Positions 7,411 to 16,184 are shown, counted from the first letter of the stretch. The stretch: DNA of 64,000 nt from Draconibacterium sp. (GCA_041583785.1 JBFHFE010000006.1:44409-108408); one strand, 5' to 3'. The notes: generated by a model not told the origin, from the letters alone. Numbers and translations are program-made.

Positions 7411-9183
7411 TTATTTTTTCGAAAGGGTAAATAAAAATTCTATTCCTCCCTGGGGTTTGTTTCTGGCCGAAATTTCACCCTTATGTAACTGAATTGCATT
7501 TTTTACAATAGACAATCCCAGTCCGGTTCCTCCCATCTCGCGGGTGCGCCCCGAGTCAATTCGGTAAAAGCGTTCAAAGATGCGTTTCAAATGCTCTTCG
7601 GGAATACCCACGCCAGTATCGGAATAACTAAAGTAATGGTACTTTTTGTCTTCCATATAATTCCTTATTTCAATTTTAATATTCTCGCCGGCATAGTTTA
7701 TTGTATTTTCAATTAAGTTCTGAAATACCGACGAAAGCAAGGAATCGTTTCCTTTGACAAAAATTTCGTTATCGATATTTAGTTTACATTTAATATTTTT
7801 TGATGCTAAGCGGCTTTCCAAATTCTCGATAACATCAGACACCAGGTATTTAATATTCACCTGTTTAAATTCGAAAAGCTCACCAGCATCTTCGATGTTA
7901 TTTAGTAAGGAAATATCGTTGAGCAGCAGATTTAAACGATCGGTCTGAGCACTTGCCCTTTCAATAAAATACTTTCGTTTTTCTGCGTCGATATCGGGAT
8001 TAGCCATTAAGGTTTCAATATACCCCTTTATTGACGCCAATGGCGTTTTCAACTCGTGAGCAATGTTTGATGTTAATTGTTGTTTTAGCAAGCGCCTTTT
8101 TTCGGGCCGGGTAATATCGGTTATCAGAATCTCGAAACTCTTATCGGCGAAGACAATACAAAGCACTTTAAAGTAACTGTCGTTTTTACTAATTGTAAAC
8201 TCCAATTGAGGCAATTCGCTACTTTGAAACTCCAGATCTTTGGCAAGATTCTTATTCAAAAAACTATTAATCTTTTTAAATTCAGGAATGGTAAAAATAT
8301 TCTGTGCCGAAATAGTAGAGGTATCGGAGATAATACTTACATACTGAATAAAATGGCTGTTTGCCAACATTTTCTCCTTGTTGGGTTTAAAAAAACCAAT
8401 CCCTTCGTGCAGAATATTCATGTGGTTCGACAACCTGTCTTTTTCCAGCGCCACATTATTTTTTGCTTTTCGCAGCTTGTTATAGATCTTTACAATCTGC
8501 GCACCAATTTCGCCCAATTCATTATCCGGAAACTCGCTTTCGCGTTCGTCAATCTCCTCATTTCGTCCGGCTTTAATAGCAAAGTCTTTCAACTTGGTAA
8601 TAGAAATCGACAAACGACGCGTTAATTCATTTATTACCAACCATATAACAACGAATATGGCAATTATAAAAAATATGAAAAACTTTTCGGCCTGCAAAAA
8701 ATGTTTCACGTCCACATCGTAAATCATGGCCGTACGTACAAAATAATCGCCATAATTTCGGGCATAATAATAAAAATCCTGGTTGGTTGTTTCCGAATAC
8801 CTGATGTTAGAACCTTCGTCGGAATAGAGTGCTTTTTGAATTTCGGGGCGCTCGAAATGATTTTCCATGCCCGCATAATCGAACACAAAACTGTCGAACA
8901 AAACAACTCCTTTTTTATCGACCACCGTTACCCGAATATTTTTTTGAGGGATAAGATATTTGAGGGTATCGGCTTTACTGAAATCCCTGTTCTGCATTAA
9001 TTTGTAAAACTCAATATAATTATGAGCAGTTTCGGTAACATTCTCAAGGGTATTTTCCAGCTGAGAGGTTTTATAATTCTTTTCGCGTTGAAGCTGGAAT
9101 AATAAAATTGCAACGGTAAAAACGAAAAATACAGCTATAAAATAATAAAATATTTTTCTTCTGAATGTTTGTTGTATCGGCAC
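7411..9183 (-). CDS. Sensor histidine kinase (PhoR-like by context)
   Basis: 590 aa with two TM segments. H-box NIAHELKTPLASIKGY and HATPase_c motifs (GVGIPEEHLKRIFERFYR, GGTGLGLSIVKNA). It is the last gene of the pst-phoU-RR string. Confidence 0.8.
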   Translation of the reverse strand: MPIQQTFRRKIFYYFIAVFFVFTVAILLFQLQREKNYKTSQLENTLENVTETAHNYIEFYKLMQNRDFSKADTLKYLIPQKNIRVTVVDKKGVVLFDSFVFDYAGMENHFERPEIQKALYSDEGSNIRYSETTNQDFYYYARNYGDYFVRTAMIYDVDVKHFLQAEKFFIFFIIAIFVVIWLVINELTRRLSISITKLKDFAIKAGRNEEIDERESEFPDNELGEIGAQIVKIYNKLRKAKNNVALEKDRLSNHMNILHEGIGFFKPNKEKMLANSHFIQYVSIISDTSTISAQNIFTIPEFKKINSFLNKNLAKDLEFQSSELPQLEFTISKNDSYFKVLCIVFADKSFEILITDITRPEKRRLLKQQLTSNIAHELKTPLASIKGYIETLMANPDIDAEKRKYFIERASAQTDRLNLLLNDISLLNNIEDAGELFEFKQVNIKYLVSDVIENLESRLASKNIKCKLNIDNEIFVKGNDSLLSSVFQNLIENTINYAGENIKIEIRNYMEDKKYHYFSYSDTGVGIPEEHLKRIFERFYRIDSGRTREMGGTGLGLSIVKNAIQLHKGEISARNKPQGGIEFLFTLSKK

Positions 9184-9227
9184 GTTTTTCTTTTTTTAAT
9201 TGTTTATTTTCTTTCTACTCACCTCAC

Positions 9228-9305
9228 TGTCATTACGAAAGAGAAACATAGGAGAAAAATTTAACCATAACAGGTTAGCTATTTTGCTCTTCGTTCGGAA
9301 TGACA
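9228..9305. repeat. REP-like palindromic element (TGTCATTNCGAA...TTCGGAATGACA family, R3)
   Basis: Left arm tgtcattacgaaagag; right arm ctcttcgttcggaatgaca. It sits between the RR stop and the HK start. A related copy lies at 52055-52137. Confidence 0.6.
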
Positions 9306-9314
9306 AAAATTGAA

Positions 9315-9998
9315 CTACTCTTTAAAGGCATAACCATAGCCCGATTTTCCTACAAGATATTTTCCATATTCGCCAATTTTCTTCCGAAGGCGAGCAATGT
9401 TAACATCCACATTTCTTTCGGTAACAATTACATCATCGCTCCAAATACGATTAATAATTTCTTCGCGACTAATGTACTGGCCCTTGTATTTTAGCAACAA
9501 AGCGATAATCTCAAATTCCTTTCGCGTAAGATTAACCTGCTCGTTATCAACAGCAACCGACTTGCTGTTTATGTCAACTTCAAATCCGTTAATTTTAAAT
9601 ACTTTCGAAGAACCAGCTTCCTGTTTGCCACGCTTTAGCACAGCTTTAATTCGCGCAACCACTTCTTTAATCGAAAAAGGTTTGGAAATATAGTCGTCGC
9701 CGCCCACATTAAAACCAGTAAGAATATCGTTTTCAGCTGTTTTGGCGGTCATAAAAATTATGGGAACCGAAAGCTGCAATTCTCTCCTGATTTTAGACGC
9801 CATTTTGTAGCCCGACATTTCGCCCATCATTACATCTAACAAAATCAGGTCGAACTCATCGAGCGACTTTTTTAAAGCTTGTTCGGCCGAGTGGGCAGTA
9901 TCGGTATCAAATCCTTCGCTTGAAAGATTAAACTCTAAAATTTCGCATAAGTCTTTTTCGTCGTCAACAATTAATATTTTCGGAATTGAATAGGCCAT
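9315..9998 (-). CDS. OmpR/PhoB-family response regulator
   Basis: REC domain (ILIVDDEKD...ILLDVMMGEMSG...AKT) plus a winged-helix Trans_reg_C domain (LTRKEFEIIALL...GYGYAF). Directly downstream of phoU. Confidence 0.85.
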   Translation of the reverse strand: MAYSIPKILIVDDEKDLCEILEFNLSSEGFDTDTAHSAEQALKKSLDEFDLILLDVMMGEMSGYKMASKIRRELQLSVPIIFMTAKTAENDILTGFNVGGDDYISKPFSIKEVVARIKAVLKRGKQEAGSSKVFKINGFEVDINSKSVAVDNEQVNLTRKEFEIIALLLKYKGQYISREEIINRIWSDDVIVTERNVDVNIARLRKKIGEYGKYLVGKSGYGYAFKE

Positions 9999-10003
9999 TT
10001 ATT

Positions 10004-10690
10004 TTATTCTACTTTTTTTGCGTGTCTAATGTCTTTTCCCTCTATGGAATAAATTGCAGCTTCAGCAATATTTGTAGCATGGTCGGCAATACGTTCAATA
10101 TTTGAAACCATACCAGTCATATTCATAAAATTGGTGAGCGTTTCCTTGTCTTCGTCAGAAGTGCTACTTTTTTTAATCGCTTTTTTCAGCATTTTATGGT
10201 TAATCTCGTTCACTGCCGAATCGTTCTTTATTGTCCAAACGGCAAACTCTCTGTCGTCGTTTGTAAAAGCCAATAAGGCTTTATTTACCATGTTAGATCC
10301 TTGCAAAAGCATGTTCGAAATTACATCCAGCAATTTAGCAAATACAGCTGAACCTCTAACCTTTTTAATGTGAAACAGAGTATCAACCACCATATCGCCA
10401 ACTCGTTCGAGGCTAATAATTATGCGGTAACAAGCCATTAACTTTCGAATATCGGAAGCAACCGGCTGATACAAGGCAATGGTATTTACAATCTTATCGC
10501 TGATTTTAACTTCCAGTTTATCCAGTTTTTTCTCGTTATTCAGAATTTCCGTAAAGAAATGCTCCGGAATTTCTTTCTCATCTGAAGAAATCACTTTCTC
10601 CAATAAATCGAGTTGAGTGAGTACCAGGTTGGCAAAACTTTCGAAATCGGATAGGATATTATTTATTGCTTCATCTTTTTTTGAAATCAT
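10004..10690 (-). CDS. phoU: Phosphate signalling complex protein PhoU
   Basis: 228 aa with two PhoU repeats (LERVGDMVVD and IERIADHATNIAE). Follows pstB. Confidence 0.85.
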   Translation of the reverse strand: MISKKDEAINNILSDFESFANLVLTQLDLLEKVISSDEKEIPEHFFTEILNNEKKLDKLEVKISDKIVNTIALYQPVASDIRKLMACYRIIISLERVGDMVVDTLFHIKKVRGSAVFAKLLDVISNMLLQGSNMVNKALLAFTNDDREFAVWTIKNDSAVNEINHKMLKKAIKKSSTSDEDKETLTNFMNMTGMVSNIERIADHATNIAEAAIYSIEGKDIRHAKKVE

Positions 10691-10720
10691 AATCTTTCGA
10701 ATTTAAATGAAATAAAAAAA

Positions 10721-11503
10721 TTAACCGAATTTTCCTGTTAAGTATTCTTCGGTACGGCGGTCTCTGGGGTTAGTAAACATATCTTCGGTTTTACCATATT
10801 CCACTAGTTCGCCCAGGTACATAAACATCGAATAATCGGAGATTCGTGCTGCTTGCGACATGTTATGTGTCACCATTAAAATCGAATAATTCTCCTTTAA
10901 CTTCACCAACAAATCTTCTATTTTTGAGGTTGCCACCGGGTCGAGCGCAGAAGTTGGTTCGTCAAGTAAAATTACTTCGGGGTCGAAAGCCAGTGCGCGG
11001 GCAATACATAGTCGTTGCTGCTGTCCTCCGGAAAGGAAACTTCCCTTTTTATGAAGAGTGTCTTTCACCTCATCCCACAGGGTAACATCGGTTAACGAAC
11101 GTTCTACAATGTCGTCACGCTCGTTTTTCTTTAAACGAATTCCGTTCAATTTATATCCGGCAATAACATTGTCGTAAATGCTCATTGTTGGAAACGGGTT
11201 TGGACGTTGAAAAACCATACCCACTTTTCTTCTTAACTGAATAGTTGGCATATCGGTAATGTCTTTCCCATTCAAAATCAAATTACCTTTTGTTTCAATG
11301 TTTTCGTACAATTCGTGCATGCGGTTTATGGCGCGCAACATCGTACTTTTTCCACAACCCGACGGCCCCATAATTGCAGTTACGGCATTCCGTTTTACAT
11401 CCGCCGAAACATTATCCACGGCATTTTTCCCTTTATCGTACGAAACACACAAGTTGCGAATAGAGAGTACGGGATTTTTTATTTTTACTGAATTATCGTT
11501 CAT
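10721..11503 (-). CDS. pstB: Phosphate ABC transporter ATP-binding protein PstB
   Basis: Walker A GPSGCGKST, signature LSGGQQQRLCIARA, Walker B ILLDEPTSALD. Start set at MNDNSVKIKN to avoid overlapping the pstA stop. Confidence 0.9.
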   Translation of the reverse strand: MNDNSVKIKNPVLSIRNLCVSYDKGKNAVDNVSADVKRNAVTAIMGPSGCGKSTMLRAINRMHELYENIETKGNLILNGKDITDMPTIQLRRKVGMVFQRPNPFPTMSIYDNVIAGYKLNGIRLKKNERDDIVERSLTDVTLWDEVKDTLHKKGSFLSGGQQQRLCIARALAFDPEVILLDEPTSALDPVATSKIEDLLVKLKENYSILMVTHNMSQAARISDYSMFMYLGELVEYGKTEDMFTNPRDRRTEEYLTGKFG

Positions 11504-11516
11504 TTTTACTTTTATT

Positions 11517-12401
11517 CTATTTGGTGGAGGCAGCAATTCGTTTCGAAACTAAATTAAGCGTTAATACCATCGCCATAAGCAATAACGACGAACTCCATAT
11601 TAAATCCACCATGTTCGGGTCGTTATAAAATTCCCAAATTAACAGCGGAACGGCACTTGTTGGTTTTGTAATATCGAGGTTTACAATTGTACTGCCCAAA
11701 GCTGTTAACATGAGCGGGGCAGTTTCACCCAGAACCCTCGAAATACCCAGTAAAATACCAGTAAGCAAGCCACTAAAACTGGTTGGAATTAGCACCCTAA
11801 GTATTACTTTGTAATACGGCACTCCCAGCGCCAATGCTGCTTCTTTAATCGTTTGCGGAATCATTTTCAGCGTTTCTTCGGTTGAGCGCACAATCATTGG
11901 CAACATCATTATCGACAAGGAAACACTACCAGCTAGTGCCGAAAACCCACTGGTTATTGGCTTTACAATCCACATGTAAGCAATTAGCCCTAAAACAATT
12001 GATGGTACACCTTGTAAAATATCGGAAATATTCCGGACTAAATTTGCCAGAAATTTCCCGGGGTTTTCATACAAATAAATGCCAGTAATAACACCCACCG
12101 GAATGGCAATTACCGAAGCCAGCACCACCATTAAAAGTGTTCCTGTTATTCCGTTGGCAATACCTCCCGGAATCAATTCACCATTACTTAAGGCTGTCAT
12201 TGCTTCGAAAGTATCGGGCGGCGTTTTAAGTATAAAGTCGAAACTTATCTGCCTTATTCCTTTGGCGATGAGCTCGTAAATAATTAATACAATAGGCGAA
12301 ATGGTAACCAGCGAGAGCAGTGCAACCAATCCCTTAACAAACTTGTCTTTAAACGTTCTTCGTCCAAGGTTATCAACCATTATTTTTTCAGGAGTACTCA
12401 T
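11517..12401 (-). CDS. pstA: Phosphate ABC transporter permease PstA
   Basis: 294 aa polytopic permease with an EAA-like loop (KEAALALGVPYYKVILRV). Sits between pstC and pstB. Confidence 0.85.
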   Translation of the reverse strand: MSTPEKIMVDNLGRRTFKDKFVKGLVALLSLVTISPIVLIIYELIAKGIRQISFDFILKTPPDTFEAMTALSNGELIPGGIANGITGTLLMVVLASVIAIPVGVITGIYLYENPGKFLANLVRNISDILQGVPSIVLGLIAYMWIVKPITSGFSALAGSVSLSIMMLPMIVRSTEETLKMIPQTIKEAALALGVPYYKVILRVLIPTSFSGLLTGILLGISRVLGETAPLMLTALGSTIVNLDITKPTSAVPLLIWEFYNDPNMVDLIWSSSLLLMAMVLTLNLVSKRIAASTK

Positions 12402-13253
12402 TTAGGCCATTTTTTTAATGATAAATTTCCCAATTGCATTTATAATCCCGGTCATTAGAAACAGCAACAGCCCAATAGCAATTAAAGCACTAAGTTTTAG
12501 CCCTTCGGCTTCGCCAAACTGATTGGCAATTACCGATGCCATGGTATTTCCTGTACTAAAAAAACCGTCAGGGATTACATTTGAGTTTCCTATTAACATA
12601 GTTACGGCCATGGTTTCGCCAAGAGCCCGCCCAAACGATAATATATAACCCGCAACAATTCCCGACCGCGCCGACGGCACAATTACATTTGAGATAACTT
12701 CCAGTTTTGTTGCACCAAGCGAATAAGCTGCTTCTTTTAGTTCGTTCGGAACCATTGCAATTATTTCGTTACTCAAAGACGTTGCATAAGGAATAATCAT
12801 AATTGCCAAAATAATACTGGCCGTAAAAACGCCGAATCCCTGGTTGGGTAAACCCATATCAATTAGAACCGGTCGAAGCACATAAAAGCCCCAAAGTCCA
12901 TAAACTATTGATGGAATTCCAGCCAGCAGATCGACCATTGTTCCCAGCACTTTAGCCAGCCTTGTCCCGCGGTAATATTCACCAATAAAAAGCGACGCCG
13001 AAAACGAAAGAGGTAAACTAATTAATAAAGCTGCCACAGCTGTTATTATAGTACCCGTAATAAAAGGCAATGCTCCGTAATTCTCTTTGCCATCGGTGGG
13101 ATTCCAGGTAGATGAGTAAATAAACTTTAAGCCAAAGGTTTTAAATGCCGGTATTGCCCCTTCAACCAAAGAATAAATCATTCCTCCTGCAACAAAGAGT
13201 ATTACTAGGGAAAACAGAAGAAGTACTGCTTTTGTTATTTTATCGCTGTTCAT
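12402..13253 (-). CDS. pstC: Phosphate ABC transporter permease PstC
   Basis: 283 aa permease with loop KEAAYSLGATKLEVISNV. Its stop abuts the pstA start codon. Confidence 0.85.
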   Translation of the reverse strand: MNSDKITKAVLLLFSLVILFVAGGMIYSLVEGAIPAFKTFGLKFIYSSTWNPTDGKENYGALPFITGTIITAVAALLISLPLSFSASLFIGEYYRGTRLAKVLGTMVDLLAGIPSIVYGLWGFYVLRPVLIDMGLPNQGFGVFTASIILAIMIIPYATSLSNEIIAMVPNELKEAAYSLGATKLEVISNVIVPSARSGIVAGYILSFGRALGETMAVTMLIGNSNVIPDGFFSTGNTMASVIANQFGEAEGLKLSALIAIGLLLFLMTGIINAIGKFIIKKMA

Positions 13254-13348
13254 CGATTAGACAAATAGAATTTTAATTGTGAGTTGTGAGATAAAAACTG
13301 ATACCAGAGGGATTCTGTGTTTATAGAAAAAATAGTGTGGGATTTGTT

Positions 13349-13366
13349 CGACCCCGGCCGGGGTCG
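13349..13366. promoter_or_regulatory. Perfect 18-nt GC-rich palindrome in the pstS-pstC spacer
   Basis: cgaccccgg|ccggggtcg. It is the only strong GC-rich hairpin in the 166-nt spacer. Confidence 0.6.
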
Positions 13367-13419
13367 CATTACCTTTCTAATTATAATTAGTATAAACACT
13401 AAATCCTCTGGCTTTATTC

Positions 13420-14493
13420 TTATTTCAACAACGGAGCTCCATCGAAAGTAACCGAGCGCAAAATTGCTGTTGCTTTTTCAGCTGCTGCTGCCGGAAGTGG
13501 AGCATAGTGCACTTTTTCGGCTTGCCCTTGTGCATCGGCGCTCACTAACCAATCGAGGAACGAAACTGTTGCCAGAGCCTGTTCTTTTGAACGCCCATTG
13601 TAGTTCTGCTCTTTGTACAGAATAATCCATGTAAATCCGCTAATGGGATAGGCTTCCGGATCGGTGGAGTTGGTAAGCATAATTCGTGTATCAGCAGGAA
13701 TTTCGCCTTTGGCAGCCGCACTAACCGAAGCAATGGATGGCACAATGTAATTACCCGAACTGTTTTGAACTTTCGCAGTCTGAATTTTCTGTGCGAAAGC
13801 GTATTCCGAGCCTATGTAACCAATGGCACCTTCGGTTTGTTTAATCGTTCCTGCTACACCCGGATTTCCTTTAGCTCCCATACCCACCGGCCACTGCAAG
13901 GATTTTCCAACACCCACTTTTTCAGCCCAAACCGAACTAACCTTAGTCATGTAGTCGCTAAAAATATAGGTTGTACCACTGCCATCTGAACGATGCACAA
14001 AAGTTATGTCCAGATCAGGAAGAGCTGCTCCCGCATTGTTTTCTTTTATTGCAGCATCGTTCCATTTGGTAATTTCGCCCATAAAGATTTTCTCCAACAG
14101 GGCATTCGATAGTTTAAGATCGTCAACACCGGGAAGGTTATAAGCAATTACTACTGCGCCTAATACCGTTGGAATATGAACCACTTCTGCTGGCATAGCA
14201 GCTAATTTTTCGTCGTTCAAATACGCATCGGTTGCTCCAAAGTCGACTACCTTATCGGTTAAACTGCGAATACCCCCGCCCGAGCCTATCCCGCCATAGG
14301 TTAAGAGGGTTCCGTTTTGCGAGGTGTAAGCTTTAAAAACCATATTGTAGTAAGGCATCGGAAAAGTTGCTCCCGCTGCCGTTAAAGTCACTTTTCTGGC
14401 ACTTGCAGACTTTTCGCTACTTTCTTTTTTCGAAGAATTTGAACAAGCTCCCAGGAAAAAAACTGCTAAAATTATTACTGCTAATTGTTTCAT
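13420..14493 (-). CDS. pstS: Phosphate-binding lipoprotein PstS
   Basis: 357 aa with lipobox VFFLGACS. Contains PBP-like motifs (TAAGATFPMPYY, GGIGSGGGI, HRSDGSGTT). Confidence 0.9.
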   Translation of the reverse strand: MKQLAVIILAVFFLGACSNSSKKESSEKSASARKVTLTAAGATFPMPYYNMVFKAYTSQNGTLLTYGGIGSGGGIRSLTDKVVDFGATDAYLNDEKLAAMPAEVVHIPTVLGAVVIAYNLPGVDDLKLSNALLEKIFMGEITKWNDAAIKENNAGAALPDLDITFVHRSDGSGTTYIFSDYMTKVSSVWAEKVGVGKSLQWPVGMGAKGNPGVAGTIKQTEGAIGYIGSEYAFAQKIQTAKVQNSSGNYIVPSIASVSAAAKGEIPADTRIMLTNSTDPEAYPISGFTWIILYKEQNYNGRSKEQALATVSFLDWLVSADAQGQAEKVHYAPLPAAAAEKATAILRSVTFDGAPLLK

Positions 14494-14589
14494 CTTATTA
14501 AAAATGTTAGTTTTCTAAGGTATAAGATAGAACTCGCATGATTTTAAGAAACCCCCGATGTGTGAATATTTCTCTCATGCTCGTTTCAT
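14494..14589 (-). promoter_or_regulatory. Conserved leader cassette R2, copy 1 (abuts the pstS ATG)
   Basis: Aligns along its full length with 28387-28481 (minus) and 59767-59859 (plus). See findings. Confidence 0.7.
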
Positions 14590-14634
14590 TTATACGTTTT
14601 TAAAATTTGTTTATCTTAGTTCTAAAGTATTCTC

Positions 14635-15624
14635 CTAAAATTTCAATTCCACACTTAAGTATAGATAAGTTGTATTTTCGGCACTACTTAAATCAGGATT
14701 CCAGTACCGTATATTTGGTGTAATTTTTACTCCTTTAACAGGAGAATATTCAAATCCAGCCAACAATAATTGCCCATCTGAATCTATATTCCAGGCTTCG
14801 CTTTCGCCAGTCAATTTTTTAGAATTTAAATCGTCGAAACGCGCGAACAACTTCATATTGCTTTTGGGTTTATACCAGGAATAAATCGATGTGCCGTACA
14901 TATTCTGCCCATCAACCATATCGTTATTCCACTGGTAATTATATTCTCCGGCCAAGGTAAATTTGCCGTTTGTATAGGCCAGCAATGTGGCCAGCGATTT
15001 TTGCCTCACATCGTCGCCCATTTGATCGACATAAACACGGGCAAGAACATTTTTAACCGGTGTAATGGTTGTTCCCAGGGCAAATCGGACAAGACTATCG
15101 CCTTGCAGTTTTTTATATCCTTCGCCGTTGGTAATCGAAAAATCGGCGCTAATAAAGTCGGCAAATGTATAATCAACACTAAGTCCAAGGTCGGCACTGG
15201 AGTTAAATTTATACTCATCCTGGTAGGATTTCATCATGTAACGATTTCCCCAAAGTTTTTCGGAAACTTTAAACTGGGTTGTAGAAATCATTCCGAAAAC
15301 TGTTTTGAAACTACCCGTTTCATATTGCAAGTAGGCATTTTTTAAAAACGCGGCTAATTCGTAGGCTCCATCATCTTTAGGATTTCCAACGTCGAAAACA
15401 ACTTTGGCATAAAACTCTTTACTGAAATTGTATTCGTAACCCAGGTATGCACGAGTATTTTCAAATTCAGGCATTGTTTCGCCGTTGCTAATAGCAGTAT
15501 GAAAATTTGAGAAAATCAAGGCTAGCGGTTTACCATTTGGCGTAAATTCTTCTGACGATTCCTGACTAAAACCCATTGTGATGGCTCCTAGAACCAAGAA
15601 CAACAGTAATGACATTTTATTCAT
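14635..15624 (-). CDS. Outer-membrane beta-barrel porin (phosphate-porin-like by context)
   Basis: 329 aa with a signal peptide, an alternating beta-strand pattern and a C-terminal ...YLYLSVELKF. It is the first gene of the pst string. Confidence 0.65.
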   Translation of the reverse strand: MNKMSLLLFLVLGAITMGFSQESSEEFTPNGKPLALIFSNFHTAISNGETMPEFENTRAYLGYEYNFSKEFYAKVVFDVGNPKDDGAYELAAFLKNAYLQYETGSFKTVFGMISTTQFKVSEKLWGNRYMMKSYQDEYKFNSSADLGLSVDYTFADFISADFSITNGEGYKKLQGDSLVRFALGTTITPVKNVLARVYVDQMGDDVRQKSLATLLAYTNGKFTLAGEYNYQWNNDMVDGQNMYGTSIYSWYKPKSNMKLFARFDDLNSKKLTGESEAWNIDSDGQLLLAGFEYSPVKGVKITPNIRYWNPDLSSAENTTYLYLSVELKF

Positions 15625-15661
15625 TATAACTTAAGAGTAAATTTTTGTTTTTCTACTGCAA

Positions 15662-15708
15662 CAAAAGTGAGTTAATGCTATTACATGCGAATTACAAAAA
15701 TGTTACAA
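15662..15708 (-). promoter_or_regulatory. Predicted Pho-regulated promoter of the porin-pst operon
   Basis: In gene orientation: TTGTAAC attt TTGTAAT tcgc ATGTAAT agcattaact CACTTTTG. Heptamers at 15702-15708, 15691-15697 and 15680-15686, then a 10-nt gap and a -7-like box at 15662-15669, 38 nt before the ATG. Confidence 0.6.
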
Positions 15709-15998
15709 AACGATTAAATTATTAATCGAAGAAAGCATTATATAACTGATAAAAAAGAAGGTACACTGCCAACACAAGACTAAAACGCGCCTTATTCTTT
15801 TGAAATTACGACGATAAGTTCATAGGAATTCACACCGGGTTCGATTATTTTTAAGACTAGTAGAAATGTATTTTCCATCAGTACAAACTTGTTTGCGTAA
15901 AATGAAACCCGACTAGGCTGCAAACAAACACTTCATTTACTTTTTAACTGTGTTGCGAAAGAAAATTGTATCGCTAAAAAAATGTTTATACGGCAGTT

Positions 15999-16160
15999 AT
16001 ACCAATATTACATTGAAATGAACCTTATTCTTTTGCCCTTTTGGCTTTATGCTTCGTTGAAAAATTGCACCGTAGCTGTTGCTATGCCTTAATTTTTCAA
16101 CTTGCCTAAACCCAAAATCATCAAAACAATTTAATGCTCATTTCAAAATAAAATTGGTAT
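15999..16160. repeat. R1 long-hairpin (MITE-like) element, copy B
   Basis: 162 nt with terminal inverted repeats ATACCAAT..ATTGAAATGA / TCATTTCAAA..ATTGGTAT. About 96% identical by hand count (6 mismatches) to the reverse complement of 60990-61150. Confidence 0.8.
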
Positions 16161-16184
16161 TATTTCCACATTGGCCCAAAAAAA

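Noticed and set aside
13824-13841. Sigma-54 promoter-like TGGCAC (rpoN is in the window)
   Set aside because: TGGCAC is followed by cttcgGTTTG, not by TTGC at the correct spacing. The site lies inside pstS on the antisense strand. No convincing GG-N10-GC promoter was spotted by eye elsewhere. A proper PWM scan is needed.
14494-14589. Reading the shared leader cassette as a conserved small protein gene
   Set aside because: The 23-24 codon frame is intact only in the 59767-59838 copy. The pstS copy has an in-frame TGA at codon 5, and the 28.4-kb copy is frame-broken with stops. Substitutions are not third-position biased.
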